A stretch of DNA of 60,972 bases, the filler included, from Hausera hauseri (Eukaryota): NCBI GenBank assembly GCA_046269625.1. It is 11 parts of 11 records of this genome, joined end to end, with 100 filler letters (N's around TTAATTAATTAA, not from the genome) between each part and the next. Parts side by side here need not be neighbours in the genome. Positions count along the whole stretch, not along the records: positions 56,914 to 60,972 come from JBJURY010787979.1; 10 more parts are not named here. One strand, 5' to 3'. The notes under the pieces are model-generated. The model had not been told where the DNA came from. It saw only the letters and a list, made by a program, of their open reading frames with translations, and made no database searches. A program made the translations under genes and the position numbers. This document shows positions 60,201 through 60,972 of the stretch, piece after piece. Position 1 is the stretch's first letter, and each line of letters opens with the position of its first letter.

Positions 60201-60972
60201 GGTAGTCTTTTCAGTTCATCACATCCTAAGACAGCGTCATCGGTTAATTCTTCTATAACTGCAAATTCATGACGAAAATTTTGTCAAATTATTTGGACTT
60301 CTGGGTTCCATTTAAACATTGGTTTTGACATTTGACCAAAAGCTCCGGTACTTCCTGGATCTTTTGTAGACGGTGGGTATAACTGTCTTGAGCGTTTGAG
60401 GTATTTAATTATTTTTAATGTAAGACATCTCCGACCCTGTATCAATTAATGTGTACACTTTCCAGTCTTCGATAACGATTTTAGCGAAGCAACGTCCTTC
60501 TCTTACTGTTCCAAAACAGTTCGATGCTACTTTTGCGCGTTTAGTCACTGATATTTTATGCCCATTAATTCGGATTTCCGGGAAGGATACTATGTTCTCC
60601 GCCAGTTGCCTCAACTATCAATTTGGATATAATTCATTGTTTTCGATGATTAAGTTTTCCGATTCGTGAGTAATGATTAGTGGTTTTCGATTGTTAGTGT
60701 GTATTTCGGTTTTCTGGAAGGTTTTCAACCTTGGATTTTCCCAAACCGTTAATCTAGTTTCTATGTTCCGAGGTTTTCTCGGAGAATACAACATCCTGGA
60801 ATCATCCACGGGCTGTCGTTAACACATTTTCCGTATGATCCCGTAGCGTTTCGTTCCTTCGTAAGGGTCTTCTACATTAATTGTTCTTTTATAGAGTTCC
60901 GTCTGATATGAACTCACTGGTCGCTTGTCGCAGTCTTCATAGACTGGAGCGATAGGAGGTAGCATAGACAAT
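57200..60972 (-). pseudogene. Ty3/Gypsy pol (PR-RT-RH-IN), decayed
   Basis: LIDTGS; HRFCIDYR; DLQSGYW; the YxDD site is mutated to YLYN; DASK..YSVTELE; EHDSYLAGH; SMDIIGPLP; TPFFMMY. Confidence 0.9.

Overview
This window is not one locus. It is 11 eukaryotic contigs joined by 100-nt N spacers containing TTAATTAATTAA: 1-6486, 6587-10980, 11081-15915, 16016-20437, 20538-24615, 24716-32748, 32849-37220, 37321-41753, 41854-52312, 52413-56813 and 56914-60972. At least two or three organisms are present. (i) A lophotrochozoan-like animal contributes an intronless intact CCR4/CNOT6 gene among RTE LINEs and a tRNA-SINE, and an allatostatin-A/buccalin-like neuropeptide exon on a contig sharing that SINE; a (TTCG)n satellite contig is unassigned. 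(ii) A kinetoplastid contributes tandem glycosomal MDH genes and NDUFAF5; one MDH paralog has lost the specificity Arg. (iii) An AT-rich invertebrate contributes decayed virus-like elements. The strongest candidates for new biology are all in the third group. First, two CsRn1-like Ty3/Gypsy elements have a ubiquitin-like domain ending LLGG or IRGS in frame before Gag. Second, a Polinton/Maverick encodes a TBP-like protein and has a recurring TATAAACAA motif before most genes. Third, a large Gypsy family can be pieced together across four contigs; it carries an FN3-like type-I membrane protein in the env position, a class III (gB/chuvirus-like) fusogen remnant, a dsRBD-like ORF and an unknown-domain-RING protein. 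All homology calls come from motif recognition by eye, with no database searches.
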